From assembly GCA_048213135.1 (NCBI GenBank), contig PS015187.1, positions 124,500-188,499 of the forward strand: a stretch of 64,000 nucleotides of DNA, written 5' to 3'. The DNA is from Reclinomonas americana ATCC 50394. Its lineage: Eukaryota. Of the stretch, positions 30,931 to 42,631 are shown in pieces. Within the stretch, counting starts at the first letter, position 1; each line of letters opens with the position of its first letter. A program made the position numbers and the translations under genes. The notes below the pieces were generated by a model. The model made no database searches. It was not told where the DNA came from and saw nothing but the letters and a program-made list of their open reading frames with translations.

Positions 30931-33900
30931 CTGCCGCGAGAGTTCATCTTTCCCATTGTCGACATGGCCATGGGTGAACATCATGTTGTATTCCTCGCCG
31001 GTCAGTCACGTTCTCCATCCACTCTTCCTCTCTCTGTGTGTGAGAGGCTTATTCCGAGTGAGAGGCGCAGACTGTAAGCGCAACGTGTTTGGCATTGGGA
31101 ATGGATCACGCGGGCAGCTTGGTGTCGGAGGCTTCCCACTCGAGGCCTTTCAGGACGCACAAAGGTCTCCCTTTTCTCTCCATCTCACCCCCTCCTTCTC
31201 CTTCTCTCTCTCTGATCACTCCCTTGCCTCGCAGAGCATTTCTGCTGGAGCGCATCCGCTTTGTCAAGGTGGCCTGCGGAACGCACCACACAGTGTGTCT
31301 GAGCGAGCTCGGTGGTGTGTACAGCTGCGGCGACAATAGCCGTGGTCAGCTTGGTCATGGGAACTTGGAGGATCTGGGAGTGCTGCGGCCGGTGACCGAG
31401 CTGCAGGAACAGGAAGTGCGCATGACGGCGGTGTACTGTGGCCCCAAGTTCACCGTGGCCATTGATCGTGCGTCACTGTGTGTGTATGTATGGCCCAAGT
31501 GTTTCTTGTCGCTGAGGAGAGTGGCTGGCGGTAGAGAGCGGAATGCTGTGGGGCTTTGGCGACACCGAGTACCGGCATGTGTATGTGGAGGAGCAGACGC
31601 CGTCACACTTGTTGTCGCGACCACGGCGACTCGATACGAGTCGCTACGTCGAGTCTCCGTTCCTGCAGGTGGCCTTTTCCGAGGCCATGGCCGTGGGTCT
31701 CACGGCCGACGGCAATGTGTGGGTGTGGGGCACGAATTCCAAAGGAGGCGTGCTGCCGCCCACCCGCTTGTCACAGTGCCGTGATCTGCAACTGGTGCAG
31801 CTCGTGGCTGGCGAGTCGCACTTTGTTGGATTGACCAGTTGTGTGTTCATGTCGCGTCGCCCGTGCTCACCCTTGCACTCATTGACGACCCGCAGAATCC
31901 GGCACGGTGGTGGTGTGGGGCGAGAGCCAGCGTGGTGCTCTCGGGCACGAATCGGATCCCGCAGTGCGCCATCCGTCGTACACCAAGCGACCGACGCCCA
32001 CCGAGGTGGATGGCCTCCCTCACCCGGCCGCCATGATTGGCGCCGGTGGCTCGGTCACCTGGGCGCTGCTCTGTGCGTCGCCGTGCCTTTTTAGTTTGCA
32101 GTTCTTACACACACACACTAACTCCTGTACACAGCCGACGGAACGTTGTGGTGGTGGGGAGCAGCTGGCGATGGCACACCGTTTACGAATTTCGCCCCCG
32201 TGTCTGCCCGGCCACCGCTCGAGTTGTCACCGATGGCCGACGTACAAGTGATGCGGACATACGGCTCGTGCATTCTGTTTGCTGTCGGTGCTCCGTTTTC
32301 GTGTTCGTGCACCGCTGCGCGTGATCCGTGGACAGAAATCAATGTTGCGCGCACGTTTGTGCTTGTGCCTCCCCCGCTGTGCGCTGCGTTGCTCACCGCC
32401 CTGCGTAGGATGAGAGTGCCGGAGGGCCGGGTGCGTCACTCGAAGCAACCCTCGAGCGACTCGGCCTGCCGGACCTGCGCAAGGCCGCAGGAGCCCCGCG
32501 CTGGCCCAACATGGAAGACGCTGATGATGATAGCTGGATGTTGCCTCAGGTGCGCTCGATTCGCGTGTGTGTGTGTGTGTGTCTGTGACTCGGCCTCCAC
32601 GCGCCACTCACGACTCCATTGCAGGACGGCACGCCTGCACCAACTCGCCTGCAGCGCGAGGCACCGTCAGAACCCGTGGATACCGACATGGCCATGACGG
32701 AAGATGAGGCGGCGCAGTACCGTTCGCCACATGAGGTGCGTACCGTGCACTGTGGCGTCAAAACCCCCGACATTTCCATTCACAAGCTGCTGTGGTGTGC
32801 GCGTAGTTTGCACGGCAGCAGCCGTACTCGGACGACTTTATGGAGACCGATGACCCTTTTGCTCTCAAGCCGTTCCGATTGCACGAAGAGGGAGCGAGTG
32901 GCAGTGCTGCTGCTGCTGTTGGTGCAGGAGGACCGTTTGCCTCCGCTGCTGCACCGTCGCCGGAAATTCAGCAGCAGCTATTGCAATTACAACAGATGCA
33001 GATGCTGGCGGCGCAGTTCTTCCCCCGTGATGCTCACGGCCAGCTGATGCCACCACCTGGTATGACGGCCGAGCAGTTCGCCTTGTTCTTCCGGCCACCG
33101 GTAATACACGATCCCGTCACCGGTGCACCGGTGCCATTGTCGGCGGCCTCTATGCATTCACTCGGCGGCGCGGCCGCACAGTATCCGCAGGTACAGTTCT
33201 CCCATATTGTGTGCGGTTGTGATGAATGGATGCATGACTTGCACTGTCGCAGATGCTCGGCACACCCGGCTTGTCACCCATCCCGCCACACTCGGTTGCG
33301 TGCACCGCCAGAGCGCATGTGTGTGTGTTTGTTTGCGCGCCACACAGTTTGATGCTCATCTGTCTTTCCACGCAGGCGGCATCGGCGGCATCGGCGGCAT
33401 CTGCTGTCATGGCGTTGCAGGTTTGGCGCACGAAGAGTGTGGTGAGAAGCAAACATTGTCAGTCGCCTCACCCCTCCGTATCGTAGCAATCGATGATGAA
33501 CTCGGCCGCCAGCGGATCGCCCGCCGCTGCATTCGGTGCGATGGACTCGCCTGCCAGTCTCGCTGGTAGTGTGGCAACGGGTGCGACGGGCGCACTGGCA
33601 CCTCTGCCAGGCGCTCCCTCAATGTCACCTGGAGCGACGTCGGCGGCCGCGAGTGGTGGCAGTGGCGGCGGTGCGCACGTGCCACCGATGGCGGCAGCGT
33701 CGTCACGACAGCATGCCATTGGCGGACACTTCATGTCGCTGGCCAGCAGTCGAAGTATTCCGACCGAGGCTGCCGGCGCGTCGATGGCCGGCAGTATGCC
33801 CGGCTCGCCGCACTCGGTGGCCAGCGGACCCTTCAAACCCATCGAGTTCGATCCCAACTCGTTGCAGAGTGCCGCCGATCAAGCGTACGTCACGAACTCT

Positions 33901-36900
33901 CCTTCTCCTCTTCCTCACTTGCCATTCACACTCCGGCCGTATTTGCGTCACAGTGCCGCGGAAGTTGAACTTCGTCGACAGATGGAGGATCACGAAGCGC
34001 GCAAGCGCAAGTTGGAGGAGGCTGCAGATCTCGACCGCACGGAACAGCAGCAACTGGAGGACCGAAAATGGAAGCGTGAGATGGAGGACATGCAACGAGA
34101 AAAGGAGCTCGCTCAACGCAAGGCCGCTGCCGAAGAGGAGGCTGCGCGCGCCGATCAAGAACGCAATCGCCTGCGCGATGAGGAGGACCGCAAATTGGCT
34201 GCTGCGTTGGAGGAGAAGAAGCGCATGCTGGCTGCCGAAGATGCGCGACTGGCCGACGAGTTGCGCAAGAAACGAGAGGCCGAAGAGCAGGCGCTGGCCG
34301 CTCGTACGGCGCAAATGAGTGCCGCCGAGGAGGCGCAACTGCGTGCAGAGATGGCGCGGCGGCGAGAGGAGGAAGACAGGCTGGAGCGCGAGCGCCGTGA
34401 GCAACTGAAACGGCAAGCCGAAGAAGAGGAGGCACGAGTGCTCGCCGAGGCCGCTCGGCGCCGTGAGGAGGAGGATCGCGCAATCCGTGAAGAGGCGGAG
34501 CGGAAACGACAAGAGCTGTTGCAGCGTGAGAAGGCCGAGGAGGAGGAGCGGCGTCGTGTGCGGGCCGAGCAGGATGCGGCTGAGGAGGCAGAGCGTGCGG
34601 CGCGGAGACAGGCCGCCGATGGTGAGTGAGCCTGTGCCTTTTCGTGTCTTTTCGTGCGATGTGTTGCTGACACCCGACGATTGTTTCGACTCGCACAGAG
34701 GCGGAGGCAACACTGGCACGGGAGCGCGAAGAAAAGAGGCGATCAGAGGATGCGGCTCTGGAGGCCGAGCGCGCTCGCCGCAAGGCTGAACTTGAGGAGA
34801 ACGAGCAGCGAACGGAGGAAGAGCGCGCTGCAAAGCGGGCGCTTGACGACAAAATGGAAGCGGAGGAGCGCGAGCGCCGCAAGAAGCAGCTGGAGGAGGA
34901 GGAGAAGGCTACACGCGCGAAGCGCGAGAAGGAGCTGGAGGACGCGCGACTGCGTGAAATCGAGGAGCGGAAGCGGCGACAGGAGCAGGACGAGGCCGAA
35001 CGAAAGGCCCGCGCCGAGTTGGAGGAGCTGGAGAAGGCGCAGCGGTCGCAAAAGGCCGAGGAAGATCGCCGTTGCGTTCATGCACCGCCTCGCATCCACG
35101 CTACCTGCCTTGTTTACCTCTTGTTTTGCAGTGGAAAGAGAACGGGAGGAGCGTGCAGAGCGTGCGAGGCGTGTGGCGGAGGATGAGGAGCAGCGACGAA
35201 AGTTACGCGAGGCCAAAGAGGAGAAAACTCGTCGACTACTGGAGGGTGCACGCGAACCGTCCAAAGCTGTGGCCTCGATGGCACCACCACCTCCCGGATC
35301 GCTATACATGTGGTTCTTTGGCGAAGACTTGTCGCTGTCACAGGATGCGCGTGCACCTGCGTTGTGCGAGCCGAAACAGCTCATGGGTTCCGACTACAAT
35401 GTGGTGTTGGCGGCGGCTGGTCCGCGGTTCATGGCGCTGGTGACGGACTTGGGTCACTTGCTGACGTGGGGACGCGGTGACTGCTCGTGTCTCGGACATG
35501 CCACCACGAATGACATTTTGGGACCGGCACGTGTGCAGTTTGATGGTGTTCCACCGCCGTCGCCGCGTAGCTTGGAGCGCTCACAAGACGATGTGTTTGG
35601 CGACGAGAAGTTTGGAAAGCGGACGGTGGCGCCGGTGAACACTTCGCGCGTGCCGCATGTGATTGACGTATCGTGTGGATCGTCACACATTGTGTGCGTG
35701 GACAGTAACGGTTATGTGTACTCGTGGGGCAAGGGTGACAATGGTGAGCTTGGACTCGGGATTGGATCGCTGTTGGTGCCGACTCCGCGTCGAGTGACAT
35801 TTCCCCCTCTGTCGGGTGTGCGACCGCGCATGAAAATGGTGGCGTGCGGCTGGAATCACACTGTGGTGGTGTCAGATCGCAACGAGGTGTGGACATGGGG
35901 TCTTGGCAAGTTTGGTTCTCTCGGCAACGGTGCCACGCGCAATGCCTACGATCCGCTTCGCATCACACTCTTTGAGGAGGGCGACGAGGGCGTGATTGTC
36001 GACGTTCGTTGCGGCCGCAACCACGTGCTCGTACTCACCGGTTTGTCGGTTATCGTGGTCGTATATGGTCACAGCTTTCTCTGAAAAATGTGTGTACGTT
36101 TGGCAGAGGACGGCCGTGTGTTTGCCTGGGGTCACAATTCGAACGGCCAGATTGGCCTCTCCGTGCCACCAGGTGGCAATACGCCAGGCCCGCCAGACGG
36201 CAGTGGCACACCTGCGCCGCCACCATCTGCAGTGCGTCTCTCTCTTCGCATCCATGCACTTCGTGTTGGCTGACCCTTTTGCACCCGCTGCAGGCCGCCA
36301 CCGCCGCCATGCCAGCGCAGTACAATTCACCCATCCAGTTGCACTTTTTCCGCGGCAAGCACGTATGCGGCATTGCTGCGGGATCACAACACTCGGTCGC
36401 ACTCAACGGTGGAGTTGGCATCGCTTCTCGCCCCTTGTCGTCGCTCTCTACTCACTGTCGAGTGCAGTGTATGGTGACGTGTTTGCGTGGGGCTACGGAA
36501 ACAGCGGACGTCTTGGTCTCGGCGACTCCAAGGACCGCAGCCAACCGACTCCCGTCCCCTTCCCGACTGGTGAGCGCGTCATTCGCGTGTCGTCGGGCCC
36601 AAGTGCATTTCACACACTGGCCGTGAGCGAGTCGGGCCGCGTGTACTCGTGGGGCAATGGTGCATTTGGACAGCTGGGCCAAGGCGACAGTTTCAATGTC
36701 AAGATCCCTGCAGTCGTCGACGCGCTGCCAGCCAACATTCTCGTCAGCACCTTTGCGTGCGGACAGCGAGTGACGTTTGCGGCACAAAGTTGCGTGCCTT
36801 GCATTATCACATCGACACTCGTCTGCAGCTTACCGTGCAATGTACTTGGCAGGTCTGCACGGTGGTCAACCGAACCCCGCCGCCTCCATGGACACGGGTC

Positions 36901-38567
36901 GCTCCACGCGGCGCACATCGGCCTTCCTTCTCGACGATTCGTACTCGTATGCCACCGCACGATCCGTCATGTCGCCGCAGTCGGCCACGACGCCTCGTGC
37001 GGGAGTCATTGAGAAGGAATTCGAGTACACGATGAGGAAGCTGGAGGTGAGCACATACTGTGTACAACTGTGGTGATTCTGCAGACATGGTTGCCCTGAC
37101 TTGTCGATGCGGCAGGAAACACGGCGTGCGCTGGAGGATGCGCTGACAAAGAACACGGTGCTTGAGCAAGAACACAATCAGTTGCACTCTCGCGACCTCG
37201 ACGAACTGTCGCACAAGGAACTGGAGCGCATCGAGCAGGTGCACTTTGAGGGACTGGTGGAGGTGGCCAAGAAGAAGGTTTGTATCGCTGTGCTTCTCTC
37301 GTCATCCCGGAGGGTTGATTCTTACTGGGCGTGCAGACGGACAAGTACATGGAGCTCATCAAGCGCAAGGAGGAGGGTCTCAAGGCCGAAGTGGAGGACC
37401 GCTACGCCAAGCTGTCGGAGGTGCTAAAGCAGCGAGAACGCAAGCTGCACGGCGAATTCAACAAGGCGCGCAAGCTCCACGAGGAACTGAATGTTCTGGT
37501 CAAGGACCGGAAGCGCGAGTTGCAGGTACGGCTCGTTGCCCGTGTCGCCTTTTGCGATTCGACGCATCATCGTTCCCTAACTGTATGCACAGCTTCAAAT
37601 CGAGCGCCTCGACCGCAAGTACGTGGCCGACGACGCTGTGGCACGGCAGGAAAAGGAGATTGCCGAACTGCGGCGTGCGATGGTGGAGGTGAGTGCGCCA
37701 GACTTCATCTTGCTTGGTGTGCTTCGACACACTCAACCTGCGTCGCAGATGGAGCCGGAGACGCTGCGAATGGAAAAGGAGGTGGTGGAGAAGCGCAAAG
37801 AGAGCAAGCGGCGTGAACGCCTGCTTGTGCGCATGCAGGATATGTATGCCTACTACCACGAGCGCGTCTCCGAGATGGCCGGCATCAATGCACCAGAGAC
37901 GCCAGTGCCGACGCAGATGAACAAGTTTGTCGAATGGTTCCCCAAGCATTTCAAGAAATTCCGCACCCAGTTTCGTGTGCAGTAGTCCTGTCTGCCCCAT
38001 GTCTCGCGTCCCCTCACCGTTTCATGCACACACAGCAAAATGTCGCGCAAGGCCTTTGCCGATTTCAAAGAGTCGGCTCTTGGCAAGATCCGCGAGGCCA
38101 AGCAGCGCGCTGCTACCGCAGCCGCTGCAGCTGCCGAGTCCGCCCGTAGCGAGGGTCTGCTGTCACCTGTTTCCGCACCGGATGGCATGGCTTCGCCGCC
38201 GCCGCACCCCTCCGGTTCACCTTCGCCCGTTCCCAGCGGAGCATCGCCTGCCTCGAGTGGGCGCGAGGATCGTCGTCGACGTCGACAGGCCGCCATGTCC
38301 ATGGACGTGGTGGAAGATGCTGACCGCCTCACACGCTCCACAGCCAGCCCAAGTCCCGGACCCAACGACAGTGCACGTGACATTGCGGCGTCGCCCGTGC
38401 CCATTGCTGGCCGACGCAGTTCATTACCACGCTCGTCCTCGGTGGCCGACTCGGCCGGATCACCATCGTCGCCGACCGGAGCGCGTCGTGGTGAGCTGAG
38501 CCCGGTGCCGGCAGGATCTAGTCGTCGTGCACTAATATCACCCAAATCCCCACCACGGAAAAAGTGA
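30931..38567 (+). CDS. Large protein with two RCC1-repeat regions separated by a Pro/Ala-rich linker and a long E/R/K helix, plus C-terminal coiled coil (5' partial)
   Basis: VACGTHHT..VYSCGDNSRGQLGHG; VSCGSSH..VYSWGKGDNGELGLG; VACGWNHT..WGLGKFGSLG; WGYGNSGRLGLG; WGNGAFGQLGQG; ends SPKSPPRKK*. Confidence 0.88.
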
Positions 38568-38594
38568 TTCGTGCACTTAATGAATATCGACTTT

Positions 38595-41500
38595 TTAAGT
38601 CATGTATTCGTACACGACGGGGCCCGGGCCAGGCCTTCGCTGCAGGTACTCTTTGGTGATGAGCACTGCAATTTGCTCGGCTATCTTGGTCGCCGCGGGC
38701 AAGAATTGTGATCGAAGCTGTGCAATCGGTCAAACCCTGCTCCACACTGTTCAGCATCAACTCTCTGCACGCAACAGTCTCAATCACGGCGAGCACGAGT
38801 TCCTTGTGTTCCAACTGGCGTCGTGCTTTCATCACACGGACAATGGCGGCTTGAATCTGCGCGAGTAACAGCTGTCGGCGAGTGCCTCTCACTTGCTTGC
38901 CATGCGTCGATCGTGAACGTAACAATGTACTTGCGCCGCTCCTCAGTTCGCTTATGTACCTCGGCGTTGGCCGAGTCGAAGGCAATCTTGCGCTTGATGG
39001 ACAGCGTCTGCTTGTCCTTTTTCTTGGAGGTGTATGCCGAGTTGACAGCGAGGCGATCTTGCAAGCGATTCGCCTGCACCGGTGCCACAAGAAGGTCAGC
39101 ATGCAGACTGTGCACAGCGACACATGCGGCAACGAACCCCAGGTGCGGTGTCGACCACCACCAACAACTTGGCTCTGCACAGGAACTTGACAAACATGTT
39201 GAAGAGAGTGGCGTCCAGTAGGCCACTCTCTCGGAACACATCGTCCGCGCTGTAAACAGGAGGAGAAGTGTCACACAAAAAAGCTGAACTCGCACACACC
39301 AGTTTCTGACATGGGAGAGACTCACAGCATCGGTACGTCCTCTTCGACGCGCTCAAACGGCAACAACACGCTCAACAGTTGCGGTGTCATGACAAAGACA
39401 TATGTCTTGCGCATATCCAGACGCGGCATGAAGGCGACTTCCACGGTGCCGCGCGACGACAAGAAGTGCAGCATGCGGCCATTGTGATTTGCCGCATACA
39501 TTCGGTCAAACTCATTTCTGCTGTTCTCCATCGGCACCGAACACAGCACACTGCCATGCGCGACAGATTAGCACAAAACACAATCAGTGGCGACACATAC
39601 GAGGGAAGTGCGTACCGTGAGGTTTCCACCTCGCGCGGCCACAGCGAACGCTCAATGACAATGACGGTGAGATCGACCAGCGCACGACTCTGCAACACGA
39701 CACGTCGGTGACACAGGAGACGCAAGTCGCACGTCACCGCCCAGTACCTTGTCTTTTCGCATGAGTTTCTTCAGCTCGTCTCCTTCTGCCTTGCCGCGAA
39801 CAACGTCGTGGAACAACTTGCGGATCTTGTCCGCGAAGCTGGGCCCAAAGGTCATCTTTGGTGCTCACGGGGTCAGCACCTCGTCACACACACAAAAAAG
39901 GAGCACACGAAAACTGCATACCGTCAGCTGATTCACCGCCATCGCCTCGTTGTCCATATTTGCGCCACGTTCCACGATGCGATCGGCCAGTTGTCGGCGA
40001 TAAAACTCTTCAAACACATCGCGATCGTCGAGGTGCTCCAGAAACTGGAACGCGGCTGTCACACGTGGATACGCCATCTGTCGCACGCACGGGGATCAGA
40101 GAAGAGGAAATAGGGAACAACCCCGGAGCAGCCACGACCCAACCTCGTACGCTGGATCCTTCTCCCGCGTGCTCAGTTGCAAGTGCATGTAATGCGCCAG
40201 GTACTGCGAGGCGGCTGCGCTGAAGCGGCTCAAAATCTCCTTCAGCATCTCAAGTTCCAACTCTTCGTACTCTGGCCGGCGGAGCGCATCCTTGCACAGT
40301 ACACGCTGATTCTCGTGGTATTCAAGCAATGCCTGTCGGCGATATCAACGACATGAGAAACTGGAATGCCGTCGTTCGTGCCACTGCTTGGTTACACGCA
40401 CCTCCACAAAGGCTGTTGCTTGTGCTTCGCCTTCAGCGGCGTCCACGCGCGCCGCCACTGCCGGACCCGCCACTTCTTCCAGGAACTGCTGGTACATCTG
40501 TTGGGCCATTGCAGCGCCGTTGGGAATACTGCGGTCCGGTGTGGGACAATAAAAAAATGAGCAGACCAGACTTGAACAACAGACACGGCACGACATGCAC
40601 GCACGTCTCCAGCAGACGGACGAGTTCACCGAGAGGGCCACACTGGCGAGTGTGCATGAGGAAGAAGATGCCCGTGTCCATCTGTGTGCGACGGTGAGTC
40701 GCAGCATATCATTGGCACAACACACGACGCACTGCGGCGCCGCAACTGTCTTGAGTGTATCCAAGTGCTGCACCAGCAGCTCGTCAATCAGGATGTGGAG
40801 CACTTTCGGTACGGTGTCTCTTTGGAAGCTGCGCGTGGCGAACGTGCTCTCGCTTCTCTGGCGCTTCGACACCCATTCCACGTACCGCACGGCATCGCAG
40901 CTGCCCAGCATCTCCTGCGACATGCGTCTGTACGAATGCCGTGCATCCTCCAGCATTGGCGTCTGCAGCAGCAGCGAGCATGGAAACGGTGGTGTCAACA
41001 CGCTGACCAGAACGCCACACAGCACTCGTCACGGACCTCGAACAGATCCGTGTAAAAACGCACTCCGACCTCGCGCAACATCAACAGCACCTGCTGAAAC
41101 GAGGTCTGATCGGCGATCTCGCCATTGCGCACCGCCAGCACTCGATCCAGCAGCTCCTGCGACAAGGTGCGAGCCAGCTCATCGCCCAACAGCAGCGTCT
41201 CAAAGTGATGCAACCCTGCGCACAAACACATAAGCTCGCTCCCTGGCGATAGATCGATCTGCGAGAGTCGGATAAGAATGCATGCGCACCGAGAGCATAG
41301 ACGGGCCGACAATCGCGTTGCGTGCGAACCCACTGGTCATCCTGCACACCAACCCAGCCACATGTTCAGCGCCTGACAACAACCTCATTGCAACCCGGCA
41401 GTCTGTCGACCACTTTACCAAGTACAACAATCCGCCTCGCATGCGCGACAACGAGTCACGATAGCGCTTCCACATCACCGCCAGTGGCTGCAAATAGCCT

Positions 41501-41813
41501 GCGCGCTCTGTGGCCAACGACCTCACCACGGCCTCCACTTGTTCCTTCAGGAATTGACTCACGGCCTCATACAGCCGCTCGGCTTGTCGATCCACGCACA
41601 GCTGTGGCCATGAGAGAGGGTGAGTGGGTGAGTGGAGAGACACACACGAGGCAGAGAGCAGCGAGAGAGAGGAGAGGAGAGAGATACCATGTACGATGCA
41701 CGATACAACTCCTCAAAGAGAACGTCGCAGCCTTGTTGCTGGAAGATGCGCTCCCACACGGTATGCAGCTTTGCAAAGAGCACCTCTGGCTTCTCTCGGC
41801 CACGACCTGCCAT
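38595..41813 (-). CDS. Cullin (divergent, CUL3-like N-terminus)
   Basis: FEELYRASYMLC..AERLY, FQFLEHLDDRDVFEEFYRRQLADRI, NHNGRMLHF..GTVEV, neddylation domain ERRKYIIQAAIVRVMKARRQLEH..LITKEYLQR..YEYMT*. Confidence 0.9.
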
Positions 41814-41953
41814 CGCGCTCTCAGAAAAGACAAGAAGCGAAACACGGCCACAGACACGACAAAAGGACGACACGACGTTTCCCTTTTACTCTCGTACTCT
41901 CTATTCGTATGCATGCATGCATGTTGTGTGTATATATAGGCCGCGACAGAGCC

Positions 41954-42580
41954 TCACGAGGTCGACTTGAGGAAGTTTCGTGAGCGAATAACGTCGCGAT
42001 TGTCGAGCTTGAAGAAGCGCTTCTTCTGCTCCAGCGTCATTTGCTGGAATGAGATCGCCCGCAGCTCCTCCAGAGAGAGCGTCTGCGCCTCCACCAGCGC
42101 GCTCAGCCACTCGGGGTACTCGTTGGTCGCCTTCACCGTGGGCACTGTGCGCGTCGAGGCAAAGTCGAGACCTTTCACTGTGCAAAAGAAAGAGAGAGTG
42201 AGAGTGGAGGGGAAAGGGAGAGGGAGAGAAGGGCAAAGGGGGAAGTGAGAGAGTGAGCAAAGAGGGAGACGAGGGAAGCGCACATTCATGCGTACTCTCA
42301 CTCTCACTCAACTTGGTGCACCGACAGTCAACGTCTGTGCGCCTCCACTGCCTGCGGCCGCCTGCGAGCCTCCCGCCTCTCCTCCCGCTGCAGCAGCTGC
42401 TGTAGGCTTCTTTGCACCAGCGCCCTTGGGTGCGCCCTTGGCCGCGGGTGCTGCGGCCTTTGCAGCAGGCGCACCAGCAGCAGCAGCAGCAGCAGGCGCC
42501 TTCCCGCCAGCTGCAGGCGCCGCGGCCTTCTCTGCGCGAGCGAGCACAGCAAGAACAGCGCGGCGCACGTGAGAGCTCAT
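41954..42580 (-). CDS. MRPL54: Mitochondrial ribosomal protein mL54 (L37/L54 family), 2 exons (42580-42313, 42178-41954)
   Basis: Arg/Ala-rich presequence; GLDF..PTVKATNEYPEWL..KRFFKLDNRDVIRSRNFLK. Confidence 0.85.
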
Positions 42581-42631
42581 GAGTGCGTGTGTGAGTGTAC
42601 AATGTGGCTCGCACTCTCTCTGTCAAACAAA
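42581..42631. promoter_or_regulatory. Putative very short bidirectional promoter between mL54 and the ankyrin gene
   Basis: Divergent predicted start codons only 51 bp apart. Confidence 0.5.

Noticed and set aside
41670-41687. GTATCTCT donor in the cullin as a U12 intron
   Set aside because: Does not match RTATCCTT and no TCCTTAAC branch site is visible.
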